Positions 39,801 through 48,389 of a stretch of 64,000 nucleotides of DNA are shown in pieces (position 1 is the first letter of the stretch; every line of letters begins with the position of its first letter). Location of the stretch: contig JBMORT010000006.1 of NCBI GenBank assembly GCA_049319825.1, forward strand, positions 80,012 through 144,011, read 5' to 3'. Made by a program: the position numbers and the translations under genes. The notes beneath the pieces are model-generated. The model made no database searches, was not told the origin of the DNA, and was given only the letters and a program-made list of their open reading frames with translations. The stretch is from Patescibacteria group bacterium. Its GTDB lineage: Bacteria > Patescibacteriota > Patescibacteriia > UBA11705 > DATKZF01.

Positions 39801-41987
39801 TTGATCGGTATGATACTTTTGGGAAATAAAACCAATAGCGGCCCGTTTTATGGAGTACAATCGAACGTCACACATTCCGGATCTGGAGATTTAGCCGGAT
39901 CGAATCAAACTTTAACTCATTCCGGCACCGGAGATATTTATGGAGAGGATTTTTCGATCAATCAATCGGGTACCGGGTTACTTTACGGATCGCTCAGAGA
40001 TTTGAATTCAGGCGCGTCATCAGTCAATGATTCATTTGATCAATACGTGACGATGACTCATTCCGGTTCCTTTGCCGATTTTACCGGTTACTATTTGGAT
40101 ATGACTCACGATACCACCGCCGCCGGCACTGGCACCGTCAGCGGTTTGGATATTACCATTAGAAATCAAGCTACGGTGCAGGATGCTTTTGGAATAAATT
40201 TGACCATGAATAACTCCAGCAATCCGACCGGCGATGAAATCGGCATGAAAATAACGGCCTCTTCGGCCATAGACAGCTTTATCGCTTTGAGCAATGCCGC
40301 CCAGTTTGGCATTGATATGGATAATGCCAGTTTTTCCAGCTATGATATTCGCTTATCCGACGGAGAATATATAAAAAATGACGCCAACGACACGATTGAA
40401 CTTGGCGGCCGGGTAAATATCCCTGCTTACACCGCCAATCCATTGTATGAATTGAAAATAAATCATACCAACAGTTCAAACGGTGTCGGCGGCATTCAAG
40501 TTGATTTAACCAATACCACCGGCGTTACTTACGGCATTTATTCTGAAAGTGATTCCGCCGATACAGGATCCGCAGCCGGATTATTTAACGCCACCAGTTC
40601 GGGCCGAGGCTTAATGGCCACCAGTTCCAGCGGCTGGGCCGCGTATTTCAGCGGTGGCGAGGGCGTGTATGTGAGCAAGCTTAGCGTCGGCGATACGGCT
40701 TCGCCGGATTATAACACTATCGGCACGGGCGCCGCTTCGCACACCGCGGCCGGTGAAATTGAGGATACCTCAGATTTGTTCATCGCCGACGACCTTGAGG
40801 TCAACGGTTACGCTTGGCTTGATGGCGGTTATACTGATGTCGCTGAATACATTATTGTCACTGAAAACGGGGTTGATCGCCATGTGCAGCACGTGCAGGA
40901 CGGATCAATTCGGAAAACCGATTTGGCTGGCGCCATCATTATTGCTGATTCCACTCATCCGGATAAAGCGACATTGTCATCAACTCCTTACGATAAAAGA
41001 ATAATCGGCATTATCGCCACCAATCCGAGCTTGATTATCAGCGGCGGCATTGATGACGATTATGGATACCCGTTGGTTTTAGCCGGCAGAATTCATACCA
41101 ATGTTTGCGGAGAAAACGGTGACATCGAAATCGGTGATTTTATCACCACTTCGTCAAAGCCCGGATTCGGCATGAAGGCCACGGAGCCGGGTATGGTTGT
41201 CGGCCAGGCGTTGGAATCGTTTAGCGGCGCGCCCGGCGATTGCGCACAGATTTTGGTATTTCAAAATATCGGCTGGTACCATAACGCGGCCGGCTTCGTT
41301 TCCAATAGTGTTACTTTTGGTTTGGAAAGCGTTAGCGAAGGTGATTTCTCGGCAACGCCGGTTTATGGCGGCGGCGATTTGCGCTTGTCCGGATCGTTAT
41401 ACGGTCCTAATAATAAATGGATGATTGATGAAGACGGCGCGTTTACGGTCAAGCAGGCTTTGCCCGGCGGCGCCATCATGGATTTGTATGCTCTAATGTC
41501 GCCTCAGCAGGAAATGATGTTCAGCGGCCAGGGCCGATTAATCGACGGCCGTTCGTCAGTTAATTTCGATCAAAACATCAGTCAGATAATTGAGGATGGT
41601 TATAAAGTGGTGGTTACCCCCACCAATGAGTGCGAAGGGTTGATGGTGCTGGAAAAGTCGGTCGACGGATTTTTGGTCAAAGAATTGAATCAGGGCACTT
41701 CCAGCGCGACTTTTGATTGGCTGGTGATGGCGTCACGATCGTCGTCCGTCGCGCCGTTAATCGAACCGGAAGAATTGGATCTGATCCAGCCCGACCATGA
41801 TGAACCGGCCAGCGACGATGCTGATCCGTCTGAATTATCAGAACCCGAAGCTGAACCGGATATGCCCGATGACCAGGCGATCGCCAGCGGCGATTGGCAA
41901 CCGCTTGTCGAACCAATCATTGAAGACGAAAATCCGGCCAGCGACGACGAGTCCATGGTGGCCAGCGACGATGCCAATCCGATATAG
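36810..41987 (+). CDS. Giant surface protein (1725 aa), Gly/Ser/Thr/Asn/Asp-rich with an N-terminal signal anchor and an acidic C-terminal tail
   Basis: Single long ORF with an N-terminal hydrophobic segment, low-complexity beta-rich composition, and an Asp/Glu/Pro-rich C-terminus. Confidence 0.85.
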   Translation: MVKYKSVNNLSFVNAGKKKSWVFSILLLVALIAVSANVFVFESKAAVTKYINYQGKLTDNLGNPVVDGPYTIRFRIYNHATNDAANPCNPGVNSCLWEETKVVTTTSGLFTSYLGDSTGFVDTNLLNYNGASYYLGVLVTGDTEMTPRKRISGALYALNSDRLGGKQESAFADLGEAESISGHWTFANASTDIQNTLYTDQVFVDVGGTNVDLESTATPTTSGAFAIGVNDEFTHSNSLNVQDVLDDLDAAIPAGGVAPANATYLVNSADPTLTNEVVVSALTANLAIQGDDAASRTITLGQTGAFNDLVVIDAGNWSVDAAGNSSFSGNLTTTAGDLIVGTTGLSETTAPNDSGAYLVGAFDEFTYSASTNVQAVLNDLDAALGAIDLFTDGGATTYRTDTADNFAIGAASLAAPFSVNVGQNTVRLGSGAGTNSHLIMYDNAGASGDMAYGSDAWTYSGGSINYLFGATQRLNIDASSTTHTDTQGVINIDLTSDTSFVSAIDVKTKSSAGLSAGAYPFGFKSHLVPNSGDSGSAARIGFYSDVASDEALVAGDFKSQLIGYMFLADPAFSNQILGTSPVIGYLSQINSASTGLATGFSAQMSKSNVGNVFGIDNSVNTSALGSGTGINNNIYHTGTGNAFGINSSVQSASTVGSLYGEDYSVTANAGFGGTIFGSSTTMVNNSAAAAGDLTGSYISITNSGGSSINDIYGAHIVIDDSGTSALSYGVSIGNVGANYLDYLMYLGGNAHIGVELISNIGIGIDLDNATIATADVRLSQGTQLIDLGASTLSFNSRLVPATPNTYDIGASPDKWRNGYFSGTVYAGSTLQLSDSGITDTNSNLILTASGSNYVDIQDTLYVDGLQSDGDALINGDLTGTGDLGTAVSPWPAAYVTTLNSANGINSTGDTTFVLGATDKVLIDASSDLHAAAGSGALQINYRSNTSSGDALLVNVDTAGTSGQLVHGVSTNINTRTGDNTQVRGYELQFTDNAATSDLIGMILLGNKTNSGPFYGVQSNVTHSGSGDLAGSNQTLTHSGTGDIYGEDFSINQSGTGLLYGSLRDLNSGASSVNDSFDQYVTMTHSGSFADFTGYYLDMTHDTTAAGTGTVSGLDITIRNQATVQDAFGINLTMNNSSNPTGDEIGMKITASSAIDSFIALSNAAQFGIDMDNASFSSYDIRLSDGEYIKNDANDTIELGGRVNIPAYTANPLYELKINHTNSSNGVGGIQVDLTNTTGVTYGIYSESDSADTGSAAGLFNATSSGRGLMATSSSGWAAYFSGGEGVYVSKLSVGDTASPDYNTIGTGAASHTAAGEIEDTSDLFIADDLEVNGYAWLDGGYTDVAEYIIVTENGVDRHVQHVQDGSIRKTDLAGAIIIADSTHPDKATLSSTPYDKRIIGIIATNPSLIISGGIDDDYGYPLVLAGRIHTNVCGENGDIEIGDFITTSSKPGFGMKATEPGMVVGQALESFSGAPGDCAQILVFQNIGWYHNAAGFVSNSVTFGLESVSEGDFSATPVYGGGDLRLSGSLYGPNNKWMIDEDGAFTVKQALPGGAIMDLYALMSPQQEMMFSGQGRLIDGRSSVNFDQNISQIIEDGYKVVVTPTNECEGLMVLEKSVDGFLVKELNQGTSSATFDWLVMASRSSSVAPLIEPEELDLIQPDHDEPASDDADPSELSEPEAEPDMPDDQAIASGDWQPLVEPIIEDENPASDDESMVASDDANPI

Positions 41988-42016
41988 CGTCCACTGATCA
42001 AATTTGATATAATAAA

Positions 42017-42047
42017 AGCAGTTTAAACGAATATAAACTGCTTTTTA
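42017..42047 (+). terminator. Intrinsic terminator after the giant gene
   Basis: AGCAGTTTAAAC-gaatat-AAACTGCT followed by TTTTT. Confidence 0.6.
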
Positions 42048-42051
42048 TTTT

Positions 42052-44364
42052 ATGAAATTCAAGGAAGTTTTAATCGATTTTTTCAGCAATTTCATTTTTA
42101 TTTTTATTTTGCTGACAGCGCTTTCCGTATTGTTTTTTTTACCCCCAAATCTGTTCATTATATTGAGCAAACAGCATTTAACATTGGTCTTATCCGCGCT
42201 GCTGTCATTGTTTTATATAGCGTTTGTATTATTGACCAAAAAGCATGATTTTGTCGGCAATAAAATGATTTACATCGCTCCGTTGGCTTTTTTTATGGGC
42301 GGGCTGATATCAGCGATTTTTTCGACATACCGCTACGCCAGCTTTTGGGGGGTGGAAACATGGGGTCTGAGTTTATGCAGTATCGGCGCTATTCTGGCCA
42401 TATTTTTCATTGTCATCAATTATTTGAATAGAAAAAGATACGACTGGCTGCTATTTTCTTTTCTCGCGGTGTTGGCCGTGGCGCAAGTGATATTCATCAT
42501 GACAGTGGCCGGGGCGCTGAATGTTAATTGGTTGCCGGCGAATTTGGCCGGTCAGAATCAAGGATTGGCTCAGCTATCATTGATCAGTACTTTGATTATT
42601 GGCGGGTTACTGAGCACGGATTTGAATAAAAAGAAGCTGGTAAAAATAACGGCGCTAGTCGGTCTAGCATTGTTAAACCTGATGTCATTGATGATAATCA
42701 ACTCATTGGCCGCATGGTTGGTATTGATGGTCGGCTTGATCGTTTTCGGCGGATTAAATTACTGGCAGCGCCGGGATAAATTCCCCAAAGCGGCCATCAC
42801 GGCGGTGGCGCTGATTGCGGCAACGGCCGCTGCTTGGCTGCTCAGCAGCGCATCGGCTATCCCCAAAGTGCCGCTGGAAATTTTGCCCAACGCCAAAACA
42901 TCTTATCATATCGCCTGGCAGGCCGTTAAAGAGCGGCCGCTGCCGGGCGTTGGCCTGAATAATTATCAGCGGGCTTATAATTTGTATCGGCCGGCGGCCA
43001 TCAATCAAACAGCATTTTGGTCGGAAACTTTTTATTATTCATATTCAAAATTCTCCGATATTTTGACTGGCGGCGGGCTGGTGGCCACAGCCGGGTTTTT
43101 GTTTTTTATCGGATATTTTTCATATTTTTCCCTGCGGCGGTCGCTCAAGCGCCGGCCGGACATTTATGTGTTGGGCTTGACAACCGCCTGGCTGGCTTGG
43201 GTGGTCGGAGCTTTTCTTTTTATTCCCAATTTGGCGGTTGATCTGATGGCCATGATTGTTTTGGCGGGTATTGTCGTTTCTTCCAGCGCAGGAGCCCGTC
43301 CTAAAAGAATCAAGAATAATATTCGCGTCATATTAATTTTCAGTCTGATCGCGCTTTTTATCGCTTCAGCGACATTCCTTCTTTTCGCCGTAAAAAGATT
43401 TGTGGCGGCGCAGGCTTTTTTTCAGGGCATTAAATTTTACAATGAAGAGGCCAGGCAAGAACAGGTGGAAAAGTGGTTGGTTTTGGCGGCCGATTGGGAT
43501 AAAAATAATGATCTTTATCAGCGGCAACTAGCACACTTTTACGCGGCCAAATTGCAGAACCGGATATTGAAAATCGATCAAAACGATTTAAACTCCGAAG
43601 CCGGCTTATCGGAAATTACGGCCATCAGCCAGCAAGCCAATGAATTTGCCACCGCCGCTGTTTCCGTTAATAATGACAATTATTTAAATCATTTGGCTCT
43701 TTATAATTTTTATGAGGTTTCCGGCCGGCTGGCGGCGAATGCCGGGCAGTGGCAAGAAAAAAGTTTGCTTAACGCTTTGGCCACTTACCCGACCAATGTA
43801 TATATTCTTCACCAACTGGCCAAGACAGAATTGTCTCAGGCAGATTTGCTCGTTGGCTTAATCGCTCAAGGCGGGCAGGACGAAGCGGTCTTGGGTGATT
43901 TGAAACTGCAAGCCACGAAAAAGGTTGGTCTGGCCAAGGAATATTCCCAGCGGGCTATCGGTTTAAAGCCGGATTATTTGCCCGCATACTTTTCACTGGG
44001 TGTCGCTCAGTGGCTCGGTGGCGAATTTGAACCGGCTCGGGAGTTAATGTTGCTGCTTGATCAGCAGAACCCGAATGATATTGGGGTAAAATATTATTTG
44101 GCATTGATTATGGAAGCAAACAAAGATACGGCGGCGGCTGTAGAATATTTACAGCAAGCCATTGATTTGGCGCCGACATTTTCCGAAGGGCGGTTAATTT
44201 TAGCCAGATTATATCTGAAACAGAAACAAACCAAGCTCGCTAGACAAACGCTGGAAAAAATTTTAGAATATGATCCGCAAAATGAGCAAGTATTACAAAT
44301 TCTAAGTAATTTTTCAGAAAGTAATATTGCCACGCCATTATCTTTACCGAGCAATATTGATTAA
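42052..44364 (+). CDS. Polytopic membrane protein with an O-antigen ligase/polymerase-like domain and C-terminal TPR repeats
   Basis: More than 10 TM helices in the N-terminal ~450 aa; the C-terminal ~300 aa contain TPR-like helical repeats. Confidence 0.7.
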   Translation: MKFKEVLIDFFSNFIFIFILLTALSVLFFLPPNLFIILSKQHLTLVLSALLSLFYIAFVLLTKKHDFVGNKMIYIAPLAFFMGGLISAIFSTYRYASFWGVETWGLSLCSIGAILAIFFIVINYLNRKRYDWLLFSFLAVLAVAQVIFIMTVAGALNVNWLPANLAGQNQGLAQLSLISTLIIGGLLSTDLNKKKLVKITALVGLALLNLMSLMIINSLAAWLVLMVGLIVFGGLNYWQRRDKFPKAAITAVALIAATAAAWLLSSASAIPKVPLEILPNAKTSYHIAWQAVKERPLPGVGLNNYQRAYNLYRPAAINQTAFWSETFYYSYSKFSDILTGGGLVATAGFLFFIGYFSYFSLRRSLKRRPDIYVLGLTTAWLAWVVGAFLFIPNLAVDLMAMIVLAGIVVSSSAGARPKRIKNNIRVILIFSLIALFIASATFLLFAVKRFVAAQAFFQGIKFYNEEARQEQVEKWLVLAADWDKNNDLYQRQLAHFYAAKLQNRILKIDQNDLNSEAGLSEITAISQQANEFATAAVSVNNDNYLNHLALYNFYEVSGRLAANAGQWQEKSLLNALATYPTNVYILHQLAKTELSQADLLVGLIAQGGQDEAVLGDLKLQATKKVGLAKEYSQRAIGLKPDYLPAYFSLGVAQWLGGEFEPARELMLLLDQQNPNDIGVKYYLALIMEANKDTAAAVEYLQQAIDLAPTFSEGRLILARLYLKQKQTKLARQTLEKILEYDPQNEQVLQILSNFSESNIATPLSLPSNID

Positions 44365-44377
44365 TATTTTATTTCGT

Positions 44378-44406
44378 TTGACGGCTGGCCGAGCATATAT
44401 TAAGAT
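44378..44406 (+). promoter_or_regulatory. Sigma70-like promoter (TTGACG-17-TAAGAT) upstream of bactofilin
   Basis: Same -10 hexamer as the promoter at 17364; followed by AGGAGG. Confidence 0.35.
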
Positions 44407-44449
44407 ATAGATACTTTAAAAAGGAGGTAAAATTATTAAAGAAAAACCT

Positions 44450-44878
44450 ATGTTTAAAGATCATGATGATGAAAATTTTTCTCACCAAGAAGGCGACACG
44501 GTCATCGGCCATTCGATTAAAATCGAAGGTGACTTAACCAGCCAAGGAAACATTGTCGTCGAAGGGCAGGTTGTTGGCTCGGTAAAAACTGATAAGCACC
44601 TGAGCGTCGGCCAGCAGGCGAAAGTGGACGCCCAAGTTTCCGCCGGGGAAGCGACCGTTTCAGGCGAGGTCAACGGAAATATTACCGTTACCGGCAAGCT
44701 GGAATTGGCCGGCTCCGCCCGAGTCAACGGGGATATCACAGTGAAAGTATTAAAGGTGGAAGAAGGGGCGTCGATTAACGGCAAGGTGGAAATGGAAGGC
44801 GGACGCGTGCCTGTTTCTCAGCTTGAGAATAGCAAAGAAAAAAATCAAAAAAAGGAAGACGAGGAAGTGGATTTCTAG
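44450..44878 (+). CDS. Bactofilin (DUF583) cytoskeletal protein
   Basis: Beta-helical repeats (GxxV.G.V.T.G.V.V...). Confidence 0.85.
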   Translation: MFKDHDDENFSHQEGDTVIGHSIKIEGDLTSQGNIVVEGQVVGSVKTDKHLSVGQQAKVDAQVSAGEATVSGEVNGNITVTGKLELAGSARVNGDITVKVLKVEEGASINGKVEMEGGRVPVSQLENSKEKNQKKEDEEVDF

Positions 44879-44896
44879 CATTCATTTATTGAGCGC

Positions 44897-45682
44897 ATGT
44901 ATTATTATTTATACGATTCGTTTTTGAGTGATTCAAAATACGAAAAGACAATAGACAAAATACGTACGCGATTTTTGGATTTGGAAATCCAGGGCCGGCC
45001 CGGACATCTATCCCTGCTCAAAAGCGCCCGCGAGTTAATCGAGGATGAGATTCGAAACGGCGTCAATACCGTGATTGTCGTGGGCAACGACAATACATTT
45101 CTTAAGGTGATTAATGTCATCGCCAAACATGATTTGACATTGGGTATAATTCCCATCGGCGATAATAATAAAATCGCCGAGAGCTTGGGGATTCCGCCGG
45201 AGGAATTGGCCTGCGACACGCTGGCCGCTCGCAAAGTGGAAAAAGTCGATTTGGGCGTAGCCAATGACGTGTATTTTTTTTCCGATTTGAAAATAGAGAA
45301 GGATCTTGGCCGCATTTCTCTGAAAAGAGACGGATTTAAAATCGTGCCGCAGCGCAGCTGCCAATCGGTTCAAATTTACAATTTTTGTTATGAACAGGAA
45401 CACATCGTCAATAATCGCGTGCTCAAAAAGATTAATCCGGCCGACGGCCTGCTTGATTTGGTAGTTGTGGAAAAGAGCATATTGCCTTCGGGTATTTTTC
45501 GTAAAAAAAACGGGTCGCAAAAATTCAGCAATACCATTATGCCGGCCAAACATTTTGAGATAGCCAGCTTCGAATACCTTCCCGTTAAATTGGATAAATA
45601 TTATGTTTTAAAGACGCCGGTTAAAGTATCGGTCGCTGAAAAAAAACTTAAAATCATCGTTGGCAAAAACAGAAAGTTTTAA
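44897..45682 (+). CDS. Diacylglycerol-kinase catalytic-domain family protein (YegS/BmrU-like) with a degenerate GGDGT motif (GNDNT)
   Basis: VIVVGNDNTFLKVINVI...LGIIPIGDNNKIAESLGIP aligns to DAGK_cat GGDGT...PLGTGNDFAR. Confidence 0.65.
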   Translation: MYYYLYDSFLSDSKYEKTIDKIRTRFLDLEIQGRPGHLSLLKSARELIEDEIRNGVNTVIVVGNDNTFLKVINVIAKHDLTLGIIPIGDNNKIAESLGIPPEELACDTLAARKVEKVDLGVANDVYFFSDLKIEKDLGRISLKRDGFKIVPQRSCQSVQIYNFCYEQEHIVNNRVLKKINPADGLLDLVVVEKSILPSGIFRKKNGSQKFSNTIMPAKHFEIASFEYLPVKLDKYYVLKTPVKVSVAEKKLKIIVGKNRKF

Positions 45683-45701
45683 TTGATTAAATAAAAAAAT
45701 T

Positions 45702-45890
45702 ATGATGCCCAAAGTTGATCAGGAAAAATGCATCGGCTGCGGCTTTTGCTCGGGCGTGGCGTCTGAAGTTTTTCGCCTGAATGAAGAGGGAAAGTCGGAA
45801 GTGATTTCAGGCGTTGATTTTAGCCAGCATGAAGAAAAAATAAAAACAGCTGCCCAAGGCTGCCCTGTTGCCGCGATAACGATTGAATAG
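45702..45890 (+). CDS. Small 4Fe-4S single-cluster ferredoxin
   Basis: CIGCGFC...CP motif; 62 aa. Confidence 0.8.
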   Translation: MMPKVDQEKCIGCGFCSGVASEVFRLNEEGKSEVISGVDFSQHEEKIKTAAQGCPVAAITIE

Positions 45891-46078
45891 CTCGATTTTT
45901 TGGAAGGCAGGTAAAATAACGGATTGACATTTCGGTATTTTTGTTATATTATTATTTAATCCGCGGTATTTGTTATGTGCGGCAGATTCGTTCACTACAT
46001 TAAAAATTGCCAGTTGTCTGTTGTAAAATTGGTTATCTTTTGACTTTGATTTTTAACTGTAACTTTAACGTATTTTCG

Positions 46079-46166
46079 GCCGGGGTGGTGAAATTTGGTA
46101 TACACGCTACCTTGAGGTGGTAGTGGGCGCAAGCCCGTGCAGGTTCAAATCCTGTCCCCGGCACCA
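46079..46166 (+). tRNA. tRNA-Leu (anticodon GAG) with a long variable arm
   Basis: GCCGGGG acceptor, anticodon loop TTGAGGT, long variable arm, T-loop TTCAAAT, encoded CCA. Confidence 0.85.
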
Positions 46167-46611
46167 GCCTTCGCGCCAGCGAAGGCTGTCGTCCGAAGCT
46201 TTATGCGAAGGACGACATCTTGATTAGCAGTAAACGTAATAATTGGCTGGCGCTTCGGCTGGCAGGCCATTCTTCTCTCGCTTGAGCGAAGAATGTCCTC
46301 CGGAGCTGTCCTTCATTAAAATTTCGGACAGCGAAGGAGGGCAGGTAGATACGCTCATACCGTTTTTATTGACGCGAGCTTCGAACGGCACAGCCGGTTT
46401 CCAGCGTCCATTCCCATATTTTTATTCCCAGCGTGCGGCGCGGCCATATAGATTAGAAAGTAATCATCGCGAAAAATGGGGAGTCAATAACAATCAAGTC
46501 TTCAAAATGCCGATGTCCGTTGGGACATTTTTTTTGTTTACAAGCGATTGTTTATAAAATTTTGCTCGAAAGTTGAGTTTTTGATATAATTAAAATCAAA
46601 TAGATTCATAT

Positions 46612-46851
46612 ATGATAGGCAGAGTTATCATTGGTATTTTAATTTCCGTGTCCGGTTTTTTAATAGTTTGGAAAACGGAATTCGTTTACCGCGCCGTGGG
46701 ACGGATTCCGACCGGAGAAAAGCTTTTCGGCAGCGGTGGTACCAGATTTTTTCTAAAGCTGCTGGGTATTATTATTATTTTCGTTGGTTTTTTCGTGATC
46801 ACCAATTATCATGAAAAAATATTAAACGCGATTTTTGGCAAGATTTTTTAA
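46612..46851 (+). CDS. Small 2-TM membrane protein, hypothetical
   Basis: Two hydrophobic helices; 79 aa. Confidence 0.55.
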   Translation: MIGRVIIGILISVSGFLIVWKTEFVYRAVGRIPTGEKLFGSGGTRFFLKLLGIIIIFVGFFVITNYHEKILNAIFGKIF

Positions 46852-46922
46852 TCTCGATGTTTGAGATTATTAAGTTAAAATCGCAATATTAAAGATTTTA
46901 AATTTTCCCTCCATATTTTCCT

Positions 46923-47492
46923 TTGTGTCTATTTATTTTTATGGCTTACAGTTTTCTTACCAATCATCATTTCTACGATTTCAACCAGTTGCTTGATCAC
47001 CTTGAGGTCAGACCGGGGCATGCTGTTTTGGATTTGGGGTGTGGTCACCACGGCTACTGGACTTTTCCGATGGCCAAAATGGTGGGACGTTCCGGACAAG
47101 TGCACGCGCTCGATATCATGCCCAGCGCGGTTGACATGATTAAGAGAAAAAGCGCGGAATTGAAGCTCCCTCAAATCAATCCGATTTGGGCGGATATGGA
47201 AAATTTAAAAAAATTCAAGCTGCCCACCGCTGACTTGGCGCTGATCGTGAATGTGATGCATCAGATCAAGAATCAAAAGAAATTATTGACTGAATTAAAA
47301 GGTTTGCTTCGGCCGAAGGCGAAGTTGTTGATCATCGACTGGCGTCAAGCGGGTAACCAATACGGCCCGCCGCTGGAACAGCGAGTGGCCGAACAAGAGT
47401 TGATCGGTTGGGGAAAAAAAGCCCGGCTGGACCTGGCGAAGGAATTTTATCTCGATAATGATCATTTCGCCAAAATTTTCATCAATAATTAA
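46923..47492 (+). CDS. Class I SAM-dependent methyltransferase
   Basis: VLDLGCGHHGY motif I and downstream acidic motif II. Confidence 0.75.
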   Translation: MCLFIFMAYSFLTNHHFYDFNQLLDHLEVRPGHAVLDLGCGHHGYWTFPMAKMVGRSGQVHALDIMPSAVDMIKRKSAELKLPQINPIWADMENLKKFKLPTADLALIVNVMHQIKNQKKLLTELKGLLRPKAKLLIIDWRQAGNQYGPPLEQRVAEQELIGWGKKARLDLAKEFYLDNDHFAKIFINN

Positions 47493-47494
47493 CT

Positions 47495-47860
47495 ATGTCG
47501 GATCGAGCTTTAACCGGCAAAAAGGGAGAGGCGGCAGCTGTTGAATTTTTGGAAAAGAAAGGTTATAAAATCATTTGCCGGAATTTTAAGCGGTTCGGCG
47601 GTGAAATTGATTTGATTGCCGAGGTCGGCCAAAGCTTGGTTTTGTGTGAGGTGAAAAGCAAACGGCACGGATCATTTTTTTCGCCGCAAGAAAACATCAG
47701 CAATAAAAAAATCGAAAAAATGCTCAAAGTCTTAGATCGGTTTTTATCGGAGTATCCGGAATTTGAAAAATTTAATCCGCAAATCGATTTGGTCTTCGTG
47801 GAATTAAACGACTCGTTCCCGCCAATTATAGAACATTTTGAAAATATCATGATTGAATAA
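47495..47860 (+). CDS. yraN: YraN-family (UPF0102) endonuclease-like protein
   Basis: GKKGEAAAVEFLEKKGYKII...GEIDLIA...VLCEVKSKR. Confidence 0.8.
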   Translation: MSDRALTGKKGEAAAVEFLEKKGYKIICRNFKRFGGEIDLIAEVGQSLVLCEVKSKRHGSFFSPQENISNKKIEKMLKVLDRFLSEYPEFEKFNPQIDLVFVELNDSFPPIIEHFENIMIE

Positions 47861-47895
47861 ATTACAAATGATTACAAAATTTATCTATTCGTAAT

Positions 47896-48267
47896 TTGAA
47901 ATTTATGGAAACACACAATCCCAACCAATCTCAAGCGTCTTCTTCAAACGCCCCCAAGGACAAAGACATCGAAGAGAACAAAACCGTAGCCATGCTCAGC
48001 TACATCTGGATTTTATTTTTAATTCCGCTGTTTTCCAAAAAGGACAGTAAATTCTGCCAGTTCCATGCCAAGCAAGGATTGGTGCTGTTTATCGCTTCTT
48101 TGGTAATTAGTTTGATCGGCATTATTCCCATCCTCGGCTGGATAACCGGTTTTATTTTGGGAATTTTATTGCTGATATTGGCCATCATGGGCATTGTTAA
48201 AGCTCTTCAGGGAGAATACTGGGAAATGCCGGTTTTGGGGCAGTACGCGAAAAAGTTTAATTTATAG
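47896..48267 (+). CDS. DUF4870-like small membrane protein
   Basis: MLSYIWILFLIPLF...FHAKQGLVLF pattern; 2-3 TM helices. Confidence 0.65.
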   Translation: MKFMETHNPNQSQASSSNAPKDKDIEENKTVAMLSYIWILFLIPLFSKKDSKFCQFHAKQGLVLFIASLVISLIGIIPILGWITGFILGILLLILAIMGIVKALQGEYWEMPVLGQYAKKFNL

Positions 48268-48389
48268 GTTACAAGATTATTAGATTCATATACGAGATTA
48301 TACAGATCGCTTAAGGCGTGAGATATAATGATCTTGTAATATCTGTATATAATCTGTAATCTCGTAGATTCAATCCTTGTAACCAAAAT

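Noticed and set aside
46243-46557. 104-aa ORF in the GC-rich region after tRNA-Leu
   Set aside because: There is no RBS. The amino-acid composition is implausible. The ORF coincides with dense stem-loops, so it is more likely non-coding; the region is reported as a candidate ncRNA instead.
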